DNA of 64,000 bases, taken from positions 205,160,001-205,224,000 of the forward strand of contig NC_058368.1 in the NCBI RefSeq assembly GCF_018350175.1, given 5' to 3'. This stretch comes from Felis catus. Taxonomy: Eukaryota. Below, piece after piece: positions 38,213-50,965 of the stretch. The notes under the pieces were generated by a model. That model saw nothing but the letters and a program-made list of their open reading frames with translations. It searched no databases and was not told the origin of the DNA. How positions within the stretch are numbered: the stretch's first letter is position 1; every line of letters begins with the position of its first letter. Both the position numbers and the translations under genes were made by a program.

Positions 38213-38304
38213 CTTTGTAAATTCAAGTACAATTAACAACACAGTATTATATTAGTTACAGGTGTATGATGTAATGATTCAACAATTCTACACATTACTC
38301 AGTG
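38213..38304 (-). mobile_element. Tiny carnivore L1 3'-terminal insertion
   Basis: attcaagtacaattaac...attagttacaggtgta...aacaattctacac; TSD cttattagatataa at 38199-38212 and 38305-38318. Confidence 0.8.
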
Positions 38305-38577
38305 CTTATTAGATATAATTTTAAATAAAATTAAACAAGTTATGAATTTATCATTAATAGTAGTAGTTCAATCTGACACTACATGTCCTCTGATGTGATG
38401 CATTAAGTACACAACACCTCCCATAAATTAATCTTATCAGAAATATTTAACCCAAATCCAAACATCAGAAAGCAATAAGACAAACCCATATACTCTTTCC
38501 TCTTCCAAGTCAGTACCATGAAAAACAAAACTAAAAACAAAAAGCAGGGACTATTCTAAATTAAAAAGGCAAAAACA

Positions 38578-39266
38578 TGGGAATGCAAGCTGGTGCGGCT
38601 GGAAAACAGTATGGAGGTTTCTCAAAAAACTAAAAATAGAACTACCCTATGACCCAGCTATTGCACTACTAGGTATTTATCCAAGGGATACAGGTATGCT
38701 GTTTCAAAGGGACACATGCACCCCCATGTTTATAACAGCACTATCAACAATAGCCAAAGCATGGAAAGAGCCCAAATATCCATCGATGGATGAATGAAGA
38801 AGATGTGGTATATATACAATGGAGTATTACTCGGCAATCAAAAAGAATGAAATCTTACCATTTGCAACTATGTAGATGGAACTGGAGGGTATTATGCTAA
38901 GTGAAATTAGTCAGAGAAAGACAAAAATCATATGACTTCACTCATATGAGGACTTCAAGAGACAAAACAGATGAGCATAAGGGAAGGGAAACAAAAATAA
39001 TATAAAAACAGGGAGGGGAACAAAACAGAAGAGACTCATAAATATGGAGAACAAACAGAAGGTTACTGGAGGGGTTGTGGGAGGGGGCATGGGCTAAATG
39101 GGTAAGGGGCACTAACGAATCTACTCCTGAAATCACTGTTGCACTATATGCTAACTAATTTGGATGTAAATTTAAAAATATATAAAATAAAATAAAATAA
39201 AATAAAATAAAATAAAATAAAATAAAATAAAATAATAAAATAAAATAAAATAAAATAAAATAAAAT
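38578..39266 (+). mobile_element. 5'-truncated carnivore/felid L1 with (TAAAA)n tail
   Basis: ORF2 C-terminus and 3'UTR; TSD aaaaggcaaaaaca at 38564-38577 and 39267-39280. Confidence 0.94.
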
Positions 39267-39372
39267 AAAAGGCAAAAACAGCTAAATGTGATTTTTGCAC
39301 CTGGGTTGAATCTTTGAGAAAAAAATTAGATACAACAATGGAATTATGGTTCTGTTAAAAAGGCCCTTAATG

Positions 39373-39541
39373 GGGGCACCTGAGTGGCTTAGTTGGTTAA
39401 GTGTTCAACTCTTGATTTCAGCTCAAGTCATGATCTCACAATCATGAAATCAAGCCCTCTGTGAGGCTTTGCAATGAATGTGGAGCCTGCTTGGGATTCT
39501 CTCTCCCCCTCTCTCTGCTCTTCCCCTGCTCATGTGCATGT

Positions 39542-39588
<47 letters not shown>

Positions 39589-39610
39589 AATAAATAAATA
39601 AACATTTTTT
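39373..39610 (+). mobile_element. Older Can-SINE with expanded (CT)n
   Basis: ggggcacctgagtggcttagttgg head; (CT)n at about 39544-39585. Confidence 0.92.
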
Positions 39611-40934
39611 AAAGTTCCTTAAGGTTAATGAGACCATGTTAATATTTTAGGGATGAAAGGTTATTGTGCATACAACTTACTTTTAAATAATTTAGGAACG
39701 AGAAGAAGAGAGAAAGAGAGAAGAAAGGGGTGAAAGAGAGAGAGAAAGAGAGAGACAGAGTCAAATGCAAGAAATTAGTGACTGTATACAAAGTGTATTT
39801 GAATGTTCATTGCACTAGTCTTCCAAAATTTTTGCAAACTTGAACATTTTCCAAATAAAGAGTTCCAGAAAAGTAAAACAAGTACTTGCCTTGAAACTGT
39901 AGCCTTACTGTCTGACCAAATTGCCTATTGTCTATGGAATAATGGAAACAAAAAGTGATGACAGATATAACTTTAACTTTGTTTTATTCATTATTTGAGA
40001 TATGTATAGCATCCTTGCTCATTTACTGACACACACTGCCCTCAGAACCAACCAACTCACATTTGGGAGTGAGTTTGGGCTCTGCATGGCATTCCTATAG
40101 CCATGTTGTCATGTCTTCATGGAATATGTGAATGCCTCTGCTGTTTCCCCTTTGTCATAGCAGAAAGGAGTCAAGCCAGCAATCTGTTCAGTTCTAGTGT
40201 CAATTTTGACTTTTATTCCCCCCCCCAAAAAAAATCAAGAAGACGATCAATTATTCACCAAATGAAGGTGGTAGGAAAAGCAGATGGGTTGAAAAGCTTC
40301 CTGCCAACACCAGAATTCCAGAGTCAAATGCCTTAGGGTGTTGAGAGAGCTTTGAGACACTTTAGGAAATGGCCCTAATACAGGAAGGACAATCTAGTCC
40401 ATGATTTTCCAGAAGTGTTTTTGAATGTTGATGGATTCAAAACCACACTCTTTCTCAGTACTTTAATAAGCTATTAAATGCTTCCCTTTCATCTCAAACA
40501 GATTAAATCAAAACTGTAGGTTTGCATGTGTGTCGGGGAGGAGTTGTGAGGTCCTGAGTTCCCTAATAGGGCCACATGTTTCTAAATGGTGAGGCTAAGA
40601 TTAGTGTTTTGAGACAGAAGGGCCTGGAATTGATGCCAGGAAGGCAGAGAAAATCTCCTTCTTGTTGGTGATACATTCTTTTTCTCATAAAGACCCTTCA
40701 CTAGGTTCTCTCTGTGTACAAAAAGTCCTCATTGTCTAAGAATTGGTTCTTTAAAAAGCCACTTGAAGTGAATTCACTTTCAAAAGAGGATCAAAGTTAT
40801 TTGTTAAATTGTGGAAAAAACTATTTTATAGAGCTTTATCTTGAAATAAGATTATTTAACAAAATTTAAGAATAAATTGTTGAATTTGGAGGCTTTTCCC
40901 TAAAATTAATACAATGCAATACCCTTCCACTGTA

Positions 40935-40967
40935 TGTTTATTTTCTTAGATACAACATTTAAAGCAT

Positions 40968-41003
<36 letters not shown>

Positions 41004-41160
41004 AAAGTTCATAAAGTATATTCATTGAAATTAAAACTTTTGGCTCTTTAAAAGACAATATTAAGAAAATAAAAATAAAATCACAGCCATCAACTGGGAG
41101 GAAACATTTGCAAAACACATATTTGATAAAGGACTTTGTCTAGGATATGTATAAAGGACT
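40935..41160 (+). mobile_element. Old L1 ORF2 fragment containing (CA)n
   Basis: aaattaaaacttttggctct...actgggaggaaacatttgcaaaacacatatttgataaagg. Confidence 0.75.
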
Positions 41161-43177
41161 CAGCAGAAAATCAATAAGAAAACAATGTCTCTGAATGACA
41201 CATTGGACCACATGGACATAACATATATATAGAACATTCCATCTGAAAACAACAGAATACACATTCTTTTCAAGTGAACTTGGAACATTTTCCAGAATAA
41301 ATCACATATTAGGCCACAAAACAAGCCTCAATAAATGTAAGAAGGTCAAAATCATACCATACATCTTTTTTGATCAAACAGTATGAAGTAGAAATAAATT
41401 ACAAGCCAAAAACAGAAAAAAAAAATGCAAACATGTGGAGACTAAACAACATGGTACTAAACAACCAATGGGTCAATGAGGTAATCAAAGAACAAATTTA
41501 AAAAATACACAGAGACAAATGAAAACACAATAGTCCATAATCCTTGGGAAGTAGCAAAAGCAGTTCTAACAGAGAAGTATACAGCAATACAAGCCTACCA
41601 CAGGAAAGAATAAAAAGCTCAAATAAACAATCTAACCTTACACCTAAAGGAACTAGAAAAAGAAGAATAAACAAAGCCCAAGATGGGTGGAAGAAAGGAA
41701 AAAATAAAGATTAGCAGAAATAAATGACAGAGACTTAAAAATTTTGAAAAAAAAAAATCAATGAAACCAAGAACTGGTTCTTTGATACAATAAACAAACT
41801 TGACAAACCCTTAGCCAAACTCATCAAGAAAAAATAAATAAAATCAGAAATGAAAGAGAAGAAATAAAAACTGACACCACAGAAATACAAAGAATTATAA
41901 GAGAATACTATGAAAAGTTATATACCAACAAACTGGACAACTTAGAAGAAATGGATAGATTCCTAGAAACACACAATCTTCCAAAACTGAACCCAGGAAA
42001 AAACAGAAAATCTGAACAGACTGATTACAGTCTGATTATAGTAATAAAATTGAATCAGTAGTCAAAAAACTATCAAAAAATGAAAGTCCAAGACCAGATG
42101 GATTTATAAGTGAATTCTACCAAACACTTAAAGAAGAGTTAATACCTATTCTTCTCAAACCAGTCCAAAAGTAGAAGAGTAAGGGAAGCTTCCAAATACG
42201 TTCTATGAGGCCAGCATTACCCTGATAGCAAAACCAAAGATGCCACACACACAAAAAGAAAATCACAGGCCAATATTCCTGATGAACATAGATGCAAAAA
42301 ATACTTAACAAAATATTAGCAAACCACATACAACAATACATTAAAAAAGATCATTCACTACAATCAGGTGGGATTTATTCCAAGGATGCAAGGATGGTTC
42401 AATATTTGCCAATCAATCAGTGTGATGTACCACATGAACAATACAAAAGATGAAAATCATATGATCATTTCAATAGATACAGAAAGACTATTTGACAAAG
42501 TACAACATCCATTCACAATAAAAACTTGCAACAAAGTGGGGTTCGTGGGAACATACCTCAACATCATAAAGGTCATATATGAAAAACCCACAGTTAACAC
42601 CATGCTCAATGGTGAAAAACTGAGAACTTTTCCTTTAAGATCAGGAACAGGTAAAGGATGTTCACTATGGCCAACTTTATTCAACACAGTACTGGAAGTC
42701 TAGCTACAGCAATCAGACAAGAAAAAGAAATAAGACATATCTATATGGGTAAAGAAGAAGTTAAACTGTCACTATTTGCACACAACATGATGTTATACAT
42801 AGAAAATCCTAAGGATTCCATTAAAATACTACTTGACGTAATAAATGAATTCAGTAAAGTTGCAGGATACAAAGCAAATACCCCAAAATTGGTAGTGTTT
42901 CTATATACTAATGATGAAAGAGCCAAAAGAGAAACTAAGAAAACAACACCATTTACAATTGCACCAAAAAGAATAAAATATGTAAGAATAAATTTAATCA
43001 AAGGTGTAAAAGACCTGTACTCCAAAAGCTACAAAACACTAATGGAAAAAATTGAAGATGACACAAATAGAAAGATATACTATGCTCATGGATTGGAAGA
43101 ATATTGTTAAAAGTTCCACATTACCCAAAGCAATCTATAGATTCAATACAATCCTTATCAAAATACCAATAGCATTT

Positions 43178-43399
43178 AAAAAAATATTTTTTTCAACGTT
43201 TATATATTTTTTTGGGGACAGAGAGAGACAGAGCATGAACGGGGGAGGGGCAGAGAGAGAGGGAGACACAGAATCGGAAACAGGCTCCAGGCTCTGAGCC
43301 ATCAGCCAAGAGCCTGACGCGGGGCTTGAACTCACGGACCGCGAGATCGTGACCTGGCTGAAGTCAGACGCTTAACCGACTGCGCCACCCAGGCGCCCC
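43178..43399 (-). mobile_element. Young felid Can-SINE in L1
   Basis: TSD aatagcattt at 43168-43177 and 43400-43409. Confidence 0.96.
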
Positions 43400-43881
43400 A
43401 ATAGCATTTTTTTTAACCACAAAAAATAATACTAAAATTTGTATGGAATCACAAAAGACCCAAAATAGTCAAAGCAATCTTGAGAAAGAAGAATGAATGT
43501 GTAGGTATCACAATTCCAGATTTCAAGATACACTACAAAGCTACAATAATCAAAACAGAATGGTACTGGCATACAAATAGACACATAGATCAACAGAACA
43601 GACTAGATAGCCAAGAAATAAACCCACGCTTATTTGGTCAATTATCTCTGACAAAGGAGTCTAGAATATACGGCAGGGAAAATATGGTCTCTTCAATAAA
43701 TGGTTCTGAGAAAACTGTATAGCTACATGGAAAAGACTAAAACTGGACCACTTTTAACACCATACACAAAAATAAATTCAAAAGGGATTAAAGATCTAAA
43801 TATGAAATTTGAAACCACAAAAATCCTAGAAGAGAACACAGGTAGTAGTTTCTCTGACATTGACTATAGCAACTTTTTCTT

Positions 43882-44100
43882 TTTTTTTCCACGTTTATTT
43901 TTTATTTTTATTTTTGGGACAGAGAGAGACAGAGCATGAACAGGGGAGGGGCAGAGAGAGAGGGAGACACAGAATCGGAAACAGGCTCCAGGCTCTGAGC
44001 CATCAGCCCAGAGCCTGAGGCGGGGCTCGAACTCACGGACGGCGAGATCGTGACCTGGCTGAAGTCGGACGCTTAACCGACTGCGCCACCCAGGCGCCCC
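43882..44100 (-). mobile_element. Young felid Can-SINE in L1
   Basis: Perfect 17-bp TSD tatagcaactttttctt at 43865-43881 and 44101-44117. Confidence 0.97.
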
Positions 44101-44807
44101 TATAGCAACTTTTTCTTGATACATCTCCTAAGGCAAGGGAAACAGAAGCAAAGATAAACTATTGGGACTATACCAAAATAAAAATCTTTTGCACAGCAAA
44201 GGAAACCACCAACAAAACAAAAAGATAACCTACTGAATGGGAAAAGATATTTTCAAATAATATATTCGATGAGAGGTTAATATCCAAAATATTAAAAAAA
44301 AAAAAACATTTCAACTCAACACCAAAAAACCCCACAAGCAATCCAACTACAAAATGGGCAGAGGACCTAAATAGACATTTTTCCGAAGAAGATATACAGA
44401 TGGCCAATAGACACAGGAAAAGACAGTCAACATCACTAATCATCAGGGAAATGAAAATCAAAACCACAATGAGATATCACCTGTTAGAATAGCTAAAATA
44501 AAAAAGATAAGAAATAATAAGCGTTGGAGAGAGAGGCTATGGAGGAAAAGGAACCTTCATTCACTGTTGGTGGGAATGTAAACTGGTACAGTCGCCAGGA
44601 AAATAGGATGGAACTTCCTAAAAAGTTAAAAATAGAAATACCATATGATCCAATAATTTCACTATTGGGCACTTACCCAAAGGCAACAAAAACACTAATT
44701 CAAAAAGATATATGCACCCCTATGTTTATTTCAACATTATTTACAATAGTCAACAAATGGAAGCAATGTAAGCATCCATTAACAGATGAATGGATAAAGA
44801 AGATACG

Positions 44808-44809
<2 letters not shown>

Positions 44810-44856
<47 letters not shown>
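44810..44856. repeat. (CA)n microsatellite inside L1
   Basis: Seen directly. Confidence 0.97.
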
Positions 44857-44858
<2 letters not shown>

Positions 44859-45359
44859 GGAGTATTATGCAGTCATAAAAAGGGATGAAATTGTGCCATA
44901 TGAGACAATATGGATGGACCTAGAGAGTATTATGTTAAGTTAAATAAGTCAGACTGAGAAAGACCAATACCATAGGATTCTGTTCATAAGTGAAATTTAA
45001 AAAGAAAAACAAACAAAAAGCAGAATCAGACCTATAAATACAGAGAACAAACTGATGGCTGCCAGAGGGGAGGATGTGGGGGTTTGAGCAAAATGGGAGT
45101 CAGAGATACAAGCTTCCAGTTATGGAATGAATAAGTCATGGGAATAAAAGGCATAACATAAGAAATATAGTCAATAATATTGTAATAGCAATGTATCAGG
45201 ACAGATGATAGCTACCCTTGTGAACATAGCATAATGTATAAACTTGTCAAATCAGTAAGTTGTACACCTGAAACTAATATAACATTGTATGTCAACTACT
45301 ACTCAAATAAAAAAAGAACTGAATAATAAGAAAACTTCATATTTTAAGTGGACAATATA

Positions 45360-45770
45360 GCATGTGCTCATTGTCAAATATTTGGAAATAACAGACACAT
45401 GAAGTATAAAGCAGAATTTATCTATAATCCTACTACTTAGAGATAATTATTGCTAAATAAGATATTAAGTCACAGGTCCTCCCAAGTTTTTTGAGAAAAT
45501 ATGCCATTTATATTCTATTTTTATATTATTTTACAATCTGTTTTTTTTACTCTACAGTATATATATATTATTGAGCATGTTTCTATATCCTTTGATATTT
45601 TCAAACATGATTTTTTTTAATAACTATAATGGAGAGACCATAATTTATTTAACCAATTTTGTATAGTTAGACATGTATATCATATTCAATTATTATACAA
45701 CTTACACTATTGCTATACATTGCTATACATAACTTTTTAGCCAAATTTCAGTTTATTCTATAAGTTATTA
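45360..45770 (-). mobile_element. Ancient L1ME-like 3' fragment
   Basis: ctcattgtcaaatatttggaaataacaga...tataatcctactacttagagataa...ataatttatttaaccaat. Confidence 0.55.
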
Positions 45771-45805
45771 TGATTTCACAAATATACATTAGATTCTATT
45801 AAAAA

Positions 45806-45878
45806 CTACCCCCAAAACCAAGAGTACACTGTGTACAGTATATGTTAGCCAATTTGACAATAAATTATATTTTAAAAA
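45806..45878 (+). mobile_element. Tiny felid L1 3' terminus
   Basis: ctacccccaaaaccaagagtacactg...tatgttagccaatttgacaataaatta shares ccaatttgacaataaatt with the L1 end near 19209-19226. Confidence 0.7.
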
Positions 45879-45893
45879 TTATCTACATTTTAT

Positions 45894-46110
45894 CTAAAAT
45901 TTTTTTAATGTTTTATTTATTTTTGAGAAAGAGAGAGACAGAGTATGAGCAGGGGAGGGGCAGAGAGAGAGGGAGACAGAATCCACGAAGCAGGCCCCAG
46001 GCTCTGAGCTATTAGCACAGAGCCTGACTCGGGGCTGGAACCCATGAACCACAAGATCATGACCTGAGCCAGAGTCGGAGGCCTCACCGACTGAGCCACC
46101 CAGGTGCCCC
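45894..46110 (-). mobile_element. Can-SINE
   Basis: TSD tatctacattttat at 45880-45893 and 46111-46124. Confidence 0.94.
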
Positions 46111-46124
46111 TATCTACATTTTAT

Positions 46125-46313
46125 TTATTTTTTAAAGTTTATTTATTTATTTTGAAAAAGAGAGAGAGAGAAAGCAGGGGATGGAGCAGAGAGAGAGGAG
46201 AGAGAATAGCACAGAATCTGATGTGGGGCTTGATCTCACAAACAGTGGGATCATGGCCTGAGCTGAAATAAAAAGTCAGACACTTACCTGACTAAGCCAC
46301 TCAGGTACCCCCC
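46125..46313 (-). mobile_element. Older Can-SINE
   Basis: Antisense SINE followed by a third copy of the target attatctacatttta at 46316-46330. Confidence 0.9.
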
Positions 46314-48257
46314 AGATTATCTACATTTTAATGAATTTTATTTTTATATACAGAAAACACATCTTAATTCACTAAACTGAATGCATTTTGTGTTTCTTTT
46401 TTTCATTTTGTATCTCTACAACAGAAACCCAACAAATGGAGTTGTTCGTGCAGATGTCCAAGGATGAAGTTGTCAGGGTACAGCAAGTGCCTTCAGTCAA
46501 GAAACAAGATGGGATGTGAATTTGTATAAATGACAGCTTTACCAAGATTTATGTGCTAAGTTTGTGGAAAGAGTTCTGGAAAAGCAAGAAAAAAATTTCT
46601 GTTCAAATTCCCATGTTTATTGGGGGAACGGAGGCATCAAGCATTTTATTTTCCATCTCTATTAGCACAACTCAGAACTTCTACACTTTCTCATTGTTAT
46701 TTTTTGTTCTCTGAAACATATTAATGAGAGGCCAGCAGTGAGTTCAAGTTTTTCAATGCCAAGTTGAGAGTGCCACACCTCACATACCACTTCCCTTGGA
46801 AATTCAGACAATCCAAGTTTTCCAAAATCTTTTTGTTTTTTGAAACTCCATGTTTTACCACAGTGCACGTCTCATTAGGTATTTAATAAAATATTTGTTA
46901 GTTGTTTTCTCATCAAGAAGGTTTTGTTCTTAGAAGACAAGCAACAACATACAATCATTAGATTTGATTGACTATAATTGATTTGAATGTTAATGAAACA
47001 GTGACTCCAACGTGTTTTATTTCAATTAAACTTTGACGACACTTAAGTAGTTGTCTTGCTTCCCCCAAATTGCCACCCCTACTTCTCCCCACCATCGCGT
47101 TTGACACTGTTCCTGTGCTATCAACATTGTTTGTCTGAAAGCCTTTTAATCAGCTGTGGGTGAAGTTGGAGAGGAGCACTCAGGCTCTTCCAGCTCTACC
47201 ACCTCCCATGTTAGTTGCCAAGGGAACCATCTCACTGAGTCAACAATAAAAGACTCATCAAATTTGGTTGTTTTTTTCATTTGCTTTGATGAGAGCCACT
47301 GAAATGTCCTCTTGCATCAGACTACATGTGCCAATCTCTTCTCCCATTTCTTCTCATATGATCTGAAAGCAATTTTTACTCATAAGGGATGAAAGAGGGA
47401 GGTTTGACAAGCTAGCATCATTAAAGTTAGCTGAGATCGATGCCATAGAAACAATATGTACTTGCTTTCTAAAAGGAAAAATTAAAATTTGATATTTAGA
47501 TATTTGGACAGAATTTTTAGTTTTATGTCCTGTTTGATTGGAGTGGGGTCGTATTTTATTTGTATTTTGTAGGTCTGTATTTTATGCTGACCTGTATTTT
47601 GAAATATCAATAAGGAAAATGGTGAGGCTGCCCTCTAAGGCAGGACAGAATCTAAACTTCCTTTGTTTGCTTCTCTACTACTCTCGTCAACTGGCACAAA
47701 TGTAACTCTCAACAAATGTAGAGAATTTCTCACCAAAGTCTGCTGCCAACCTACAGAAGTTCTGTACTGTTTCAAAATATCCAGTCAAGTTACTGTCTGG
47801 AAAAATGTAGAGGCTGGTGGGGAAAAGTCTATGCAGGCTTTCTACTCAATATACCCTACCCTTACCTATTTTGAGTTGTAAACAATAAAGCTCCATGAAC
47901 ACAGGAGAAGGAAATCCCTTTGAAGAGAAAGAATGGTCCCGAGGCCACTTGTGAGAGTTTGGGGTGCGAGAAAAATTTGTTCTGCCTACCTACCCCCATT
48001 TTCAATCTTTTATGTGGAAAATATGAAGTTAAAATGGGCATTGCAGGGAATTTTCACTGGGAAAAATGAAAACAATGTTCTAGGATAGCCAAGCTGAACA
48101 GAAGGGCAGATAGAGTAGGGTCTGGAAGGGAAAAGCCAACCCTACTCTTTTTACCTAGGTTTCTATGTGGTAGAAAGAAGTGGCCCGCTTGCTTTTACTA
48201 TATTTTTGTACCAATTGAGACACCTCTTTCTGAGTCATTGCCCAGCATCTCAGTTGT

Positions 48258-48445
48258 GATGGTTTCTCAAATTGTGATCATTTATTACTTGCATCAGCAT
48301 CACCTGAGGCTCATAAAATAACTGCAGTGTCCTACTCAGGTTTCCACATCGGCTGAATCAATCTGAGAATGGAAGCCACACATCCATATGCTTAACAATT
48401 ACCCCCAGGTGATTCTTATTTCTACAACGCATAAAGACTAATGCA
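48258..48445. mobile_element. MER5-like hAT-Charlie MITE
   Basis: ggtttctcaaa...gcatcagcatcacctg...ctgaatca...ttaacaattacccccaggtgattctta. Confidence 0.7.
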
Positions 48446-48477
48446 AGAACGTCTGTGGTAATGGTAAAACAGGGCAA

Positions 48478-48664
48478 TCTTCTCAGAACATAAGTTCTAA
48501 ATATGGATGAGCTTTGGGATAGGAGGGTCCGTAACATACCTAAAGATGTTTGAAATGTTTTGTGTGTAACTGTGTCTACATACATCTTTCTGGTGACGGG
48601 CTTTAGATCTTTAATCAGATCCCCCAGGGAGTCCATGACTTTCCCCAAATGTTCGGAGCCACTT
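48478..48664. mobile_element. hAT-Charlie MITE (Charlie4z-like)
   Basis: tttctggtgacggg...ctttaatcagatcccccagggagtccatgac...gttcggagccact. Confidence 0.6.
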
Positions 48665-49173
48665 GTTTGTGTCATGCTTGAGTTGATGTCTGGAATAGTG
48701 GCAACTATCTCCAAAATAAAATGTCTTGAATAACTTCCTCACCCACTCTCACTCCTTCCCTTTCCTCCCCTGCAACACCCTCAACTTGAATATTGGAATT
48801 GCTCAGATTTATCAAAGTCTCAATTACCAAGTCTATCTGGTTTGTAAACAAACAAAATGAAACAGTATTATAATGGCTTTCTTTTTTGGACTACATGATT
48901 GCTTCAAACCAGAAAACGAAAGGTTAATTTTGTCCTCTGCCCACATTACAAAAACAAAATCAGTGTTGATGCAGTCACTCCACTTCACCAAAAACCAAAG
49001 TGGTTTCTGAGAAATCCCTCACCACTTTGAAGAGTGAACGATTGGAACACTCATGATTAGAGAAATCAGATTAATTGGCCCAGAGTGTGATGTGAGAATG
49101 TGTTCTTTAATGACGATGGTTGTGCAAAATGGATGCACACAGCGCTCGTCCCGAATGGTGCAGAGAACTGAGG

Positions 49174-49365
49174 CCATGTTTCTCAAAGTGTGCTTAGAAA
49201 ACCACATGACCAGAGTTATCTTGGAAGCCTGTAAAGATGCCAATTCCCTATATCCACCCAGACTTTAAGAATCAGAATCATTAGCAGTGGGTCCAGAAAA
49301 CTGGCAGTTATTACAGGTATTGAAGAGATTGGTGACTATGAAACATTCTAAAATTTGAGAGTTTT
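49174..49365. mobile_element. MER5A/B-like hAT-Charlie MITE
   Basis: catgtttctcaaagtgtg...cccagact...gaatcagaatc...gtgggtccagaaaactg...aaatttgaga. Confidence 0.68.
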
Positions 49366-50455
49366 CTTGGTAACATTTTTTCTGAGTCATCTTTACATGA
49401 GGATAAAAGTTATGGAACAGAGAAGCCAGTGTTATTGAACCCAGAACCTGAAGCATAACATCGGTAAGTAGCAAAATGGCACCCAGTCTCTACACACAGG
49501 AGATTATAATCCTGTCCAGATGTTTATTTCAGAAGGCTGAGAATTGAAAAATAATTGCATAATCATAAAAATTCTTCCCTGGACACAATTAAGAAGCTTA
49601 TTACACCATTGTGTTTAGTGGATATCTTAAAACTTCATTATTCTACATTTGAAATATCCCAATGAGTTATCTTCTCCACTCAATCAATAGGACTCAACTT
49701 AAGTATGAAAGGACAAATTTTTAAATTATAGGGCAATTCATATCCCACCTCTAAGACTTTCTGATAAAGGATGTTTAGAACTGAGCCTGACCATCCCCTG
49801 GCCTAGGAAGACTTGGGGGAAGGGGAAGGGCCTCACATATTTGGTTTACTGCTTTCAGAAGGGTGTGTCTGTGAGACCAGGGAATCCATTTCCATTTTGG
49901 TCAGTCCCAAGAGAAACAAAATATTCCTGTTTATTCTTTTCCTTTTATTAGTCTCTGAAATTGTCACTGCTTAGAGCTCAGGCTCAGATGATTCTTGATA
50001 TTCATTGTTTCCACACCAAAGCATTTCTAAGGAAGTTGGGAATAGATCTATAGCCATAAATAACATAATTCGTTTGTCATCAGGTAATTATCAAGAATAT
50101 TTGCTATGTCTTATTGTCTATTTTTGCTCTCTCCCAATGTCTATGCAAAAGAGAGACCTACCTTCTGGAAACAAAGTCAGTTGTGTTTTAACATTACCTT
50201 ATTTTTTGAAAAGAGAAAAAGAATGCTAAAACAAGGCACTAAATTTATTTGGAGGTGTAGATGCAAATTGATGTCAGAGAGTTGTATATACCCCTGCCTG
50301 CTGCCTAAACTTCTGTGATATGAATTGCACAGTAGGGTTTGCTGAAAGACCTTTTCACTAGTCTTCCCAGCCAAGTTAATGAGGTCACCTACACTGCTCC
50401 CAGGAAGATCTGAGTTATTAGAACTGATGTGGGCAGCAACTCCTGGCTTGTTATT

Positions 50456-50965
50456 TATTGTTGACAGAATAGTGCCCCCCCACCCCCTGCCCACATCTTA
50501 ATCCACAGAGTCTGTGAATCTATTACTTTATATGGCAGGGAAATTAATGTTGCAGGTAGAATTAAGTTTGCTAACAGCTGATGTTAAGAAAGGGAGATTA
50601 TCCTAACTTATTCAGATGAGCCCAATGTAAACAGAAGGGTCCTTAAAAGTGGAAGAGGGAGACAAAAGAGTCAGTGTGAGGATATTCAATGTGAGGACTT
50701 GACAGACAGGTCATTGCTGGCTTTGAAGATGGAAAGGGGCAATAAGCGAAGGGATGTGGGCAGCTTCTAGAAGATGGAGAAGGTAAGGAAATTAATTCTT
50801 TCTAGAAGTTCCATAATGTAACACAGCCCTCCCAACACCTTGATTTCAGTCAGTGAGACTCACTTCAGATTTCCGACCTACAGAACTATGAGACAGGAAA
50901 TTTGTGTTGTGGTAAGCCGCTAAGGTTGTAGTAATGTATTACAGCAGCATTAGTAAACTAATACA
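50456..50965 (+). mobile_element. MaLR solo LTR (MLT1D-like)
   Basis: gggagattatcct...cccaatgtaa...gggtccttaaaagtggaagaggga...ttgctggctttgaagatgga...aaactaataca. Confidence 0.9.

Larger units (their letters stand above)
35200..39865 (+). mobile_element. Fragmented ancient L1 (5' region, start of ORF2 endonuclease, L1MC3/4-like 3'UTR) with many nested insertions
   Basis: ataattacat...taaacattaatggtctaaacaatccaattaaaaggcag (ITLNxNGLNxPIKRQ); 3'UTR motifs aatggcaccccagtagcaa and tgaacattttccaaataaa; may be more than one element. Confidence 0.65.
41161..45312 (+). mobile_element. About 4-kb 5'-truncated carnivore L1 (disabled ORF2 plus 3'UTR) with two nested SINEs
   Basis: ORFs 42368-42703, 42658-43110, 43480-43722 and 44524-44943 encode ORF2 pieces ([12 protein letters not shown]; the RT FADD motif is mutated to FAHN); many stops and frameshifts; ends aacattgtatgtcaacta...aataaaaaaa. 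Confidence 0.95.

Noticed and set aside
39182..39270. Regular arrays as CRISPR-like repeats
   Set aside because: Simple microsatellites and retrotransposon tails with no spacers, in mammalian DNA.
41161..45312. Active L1 or domesticated reverse transcriptase
   Set aside because: 5'-truncated, catalytic motif mutated to FAHN, many stops and frameshifts, and two SINE insertions.
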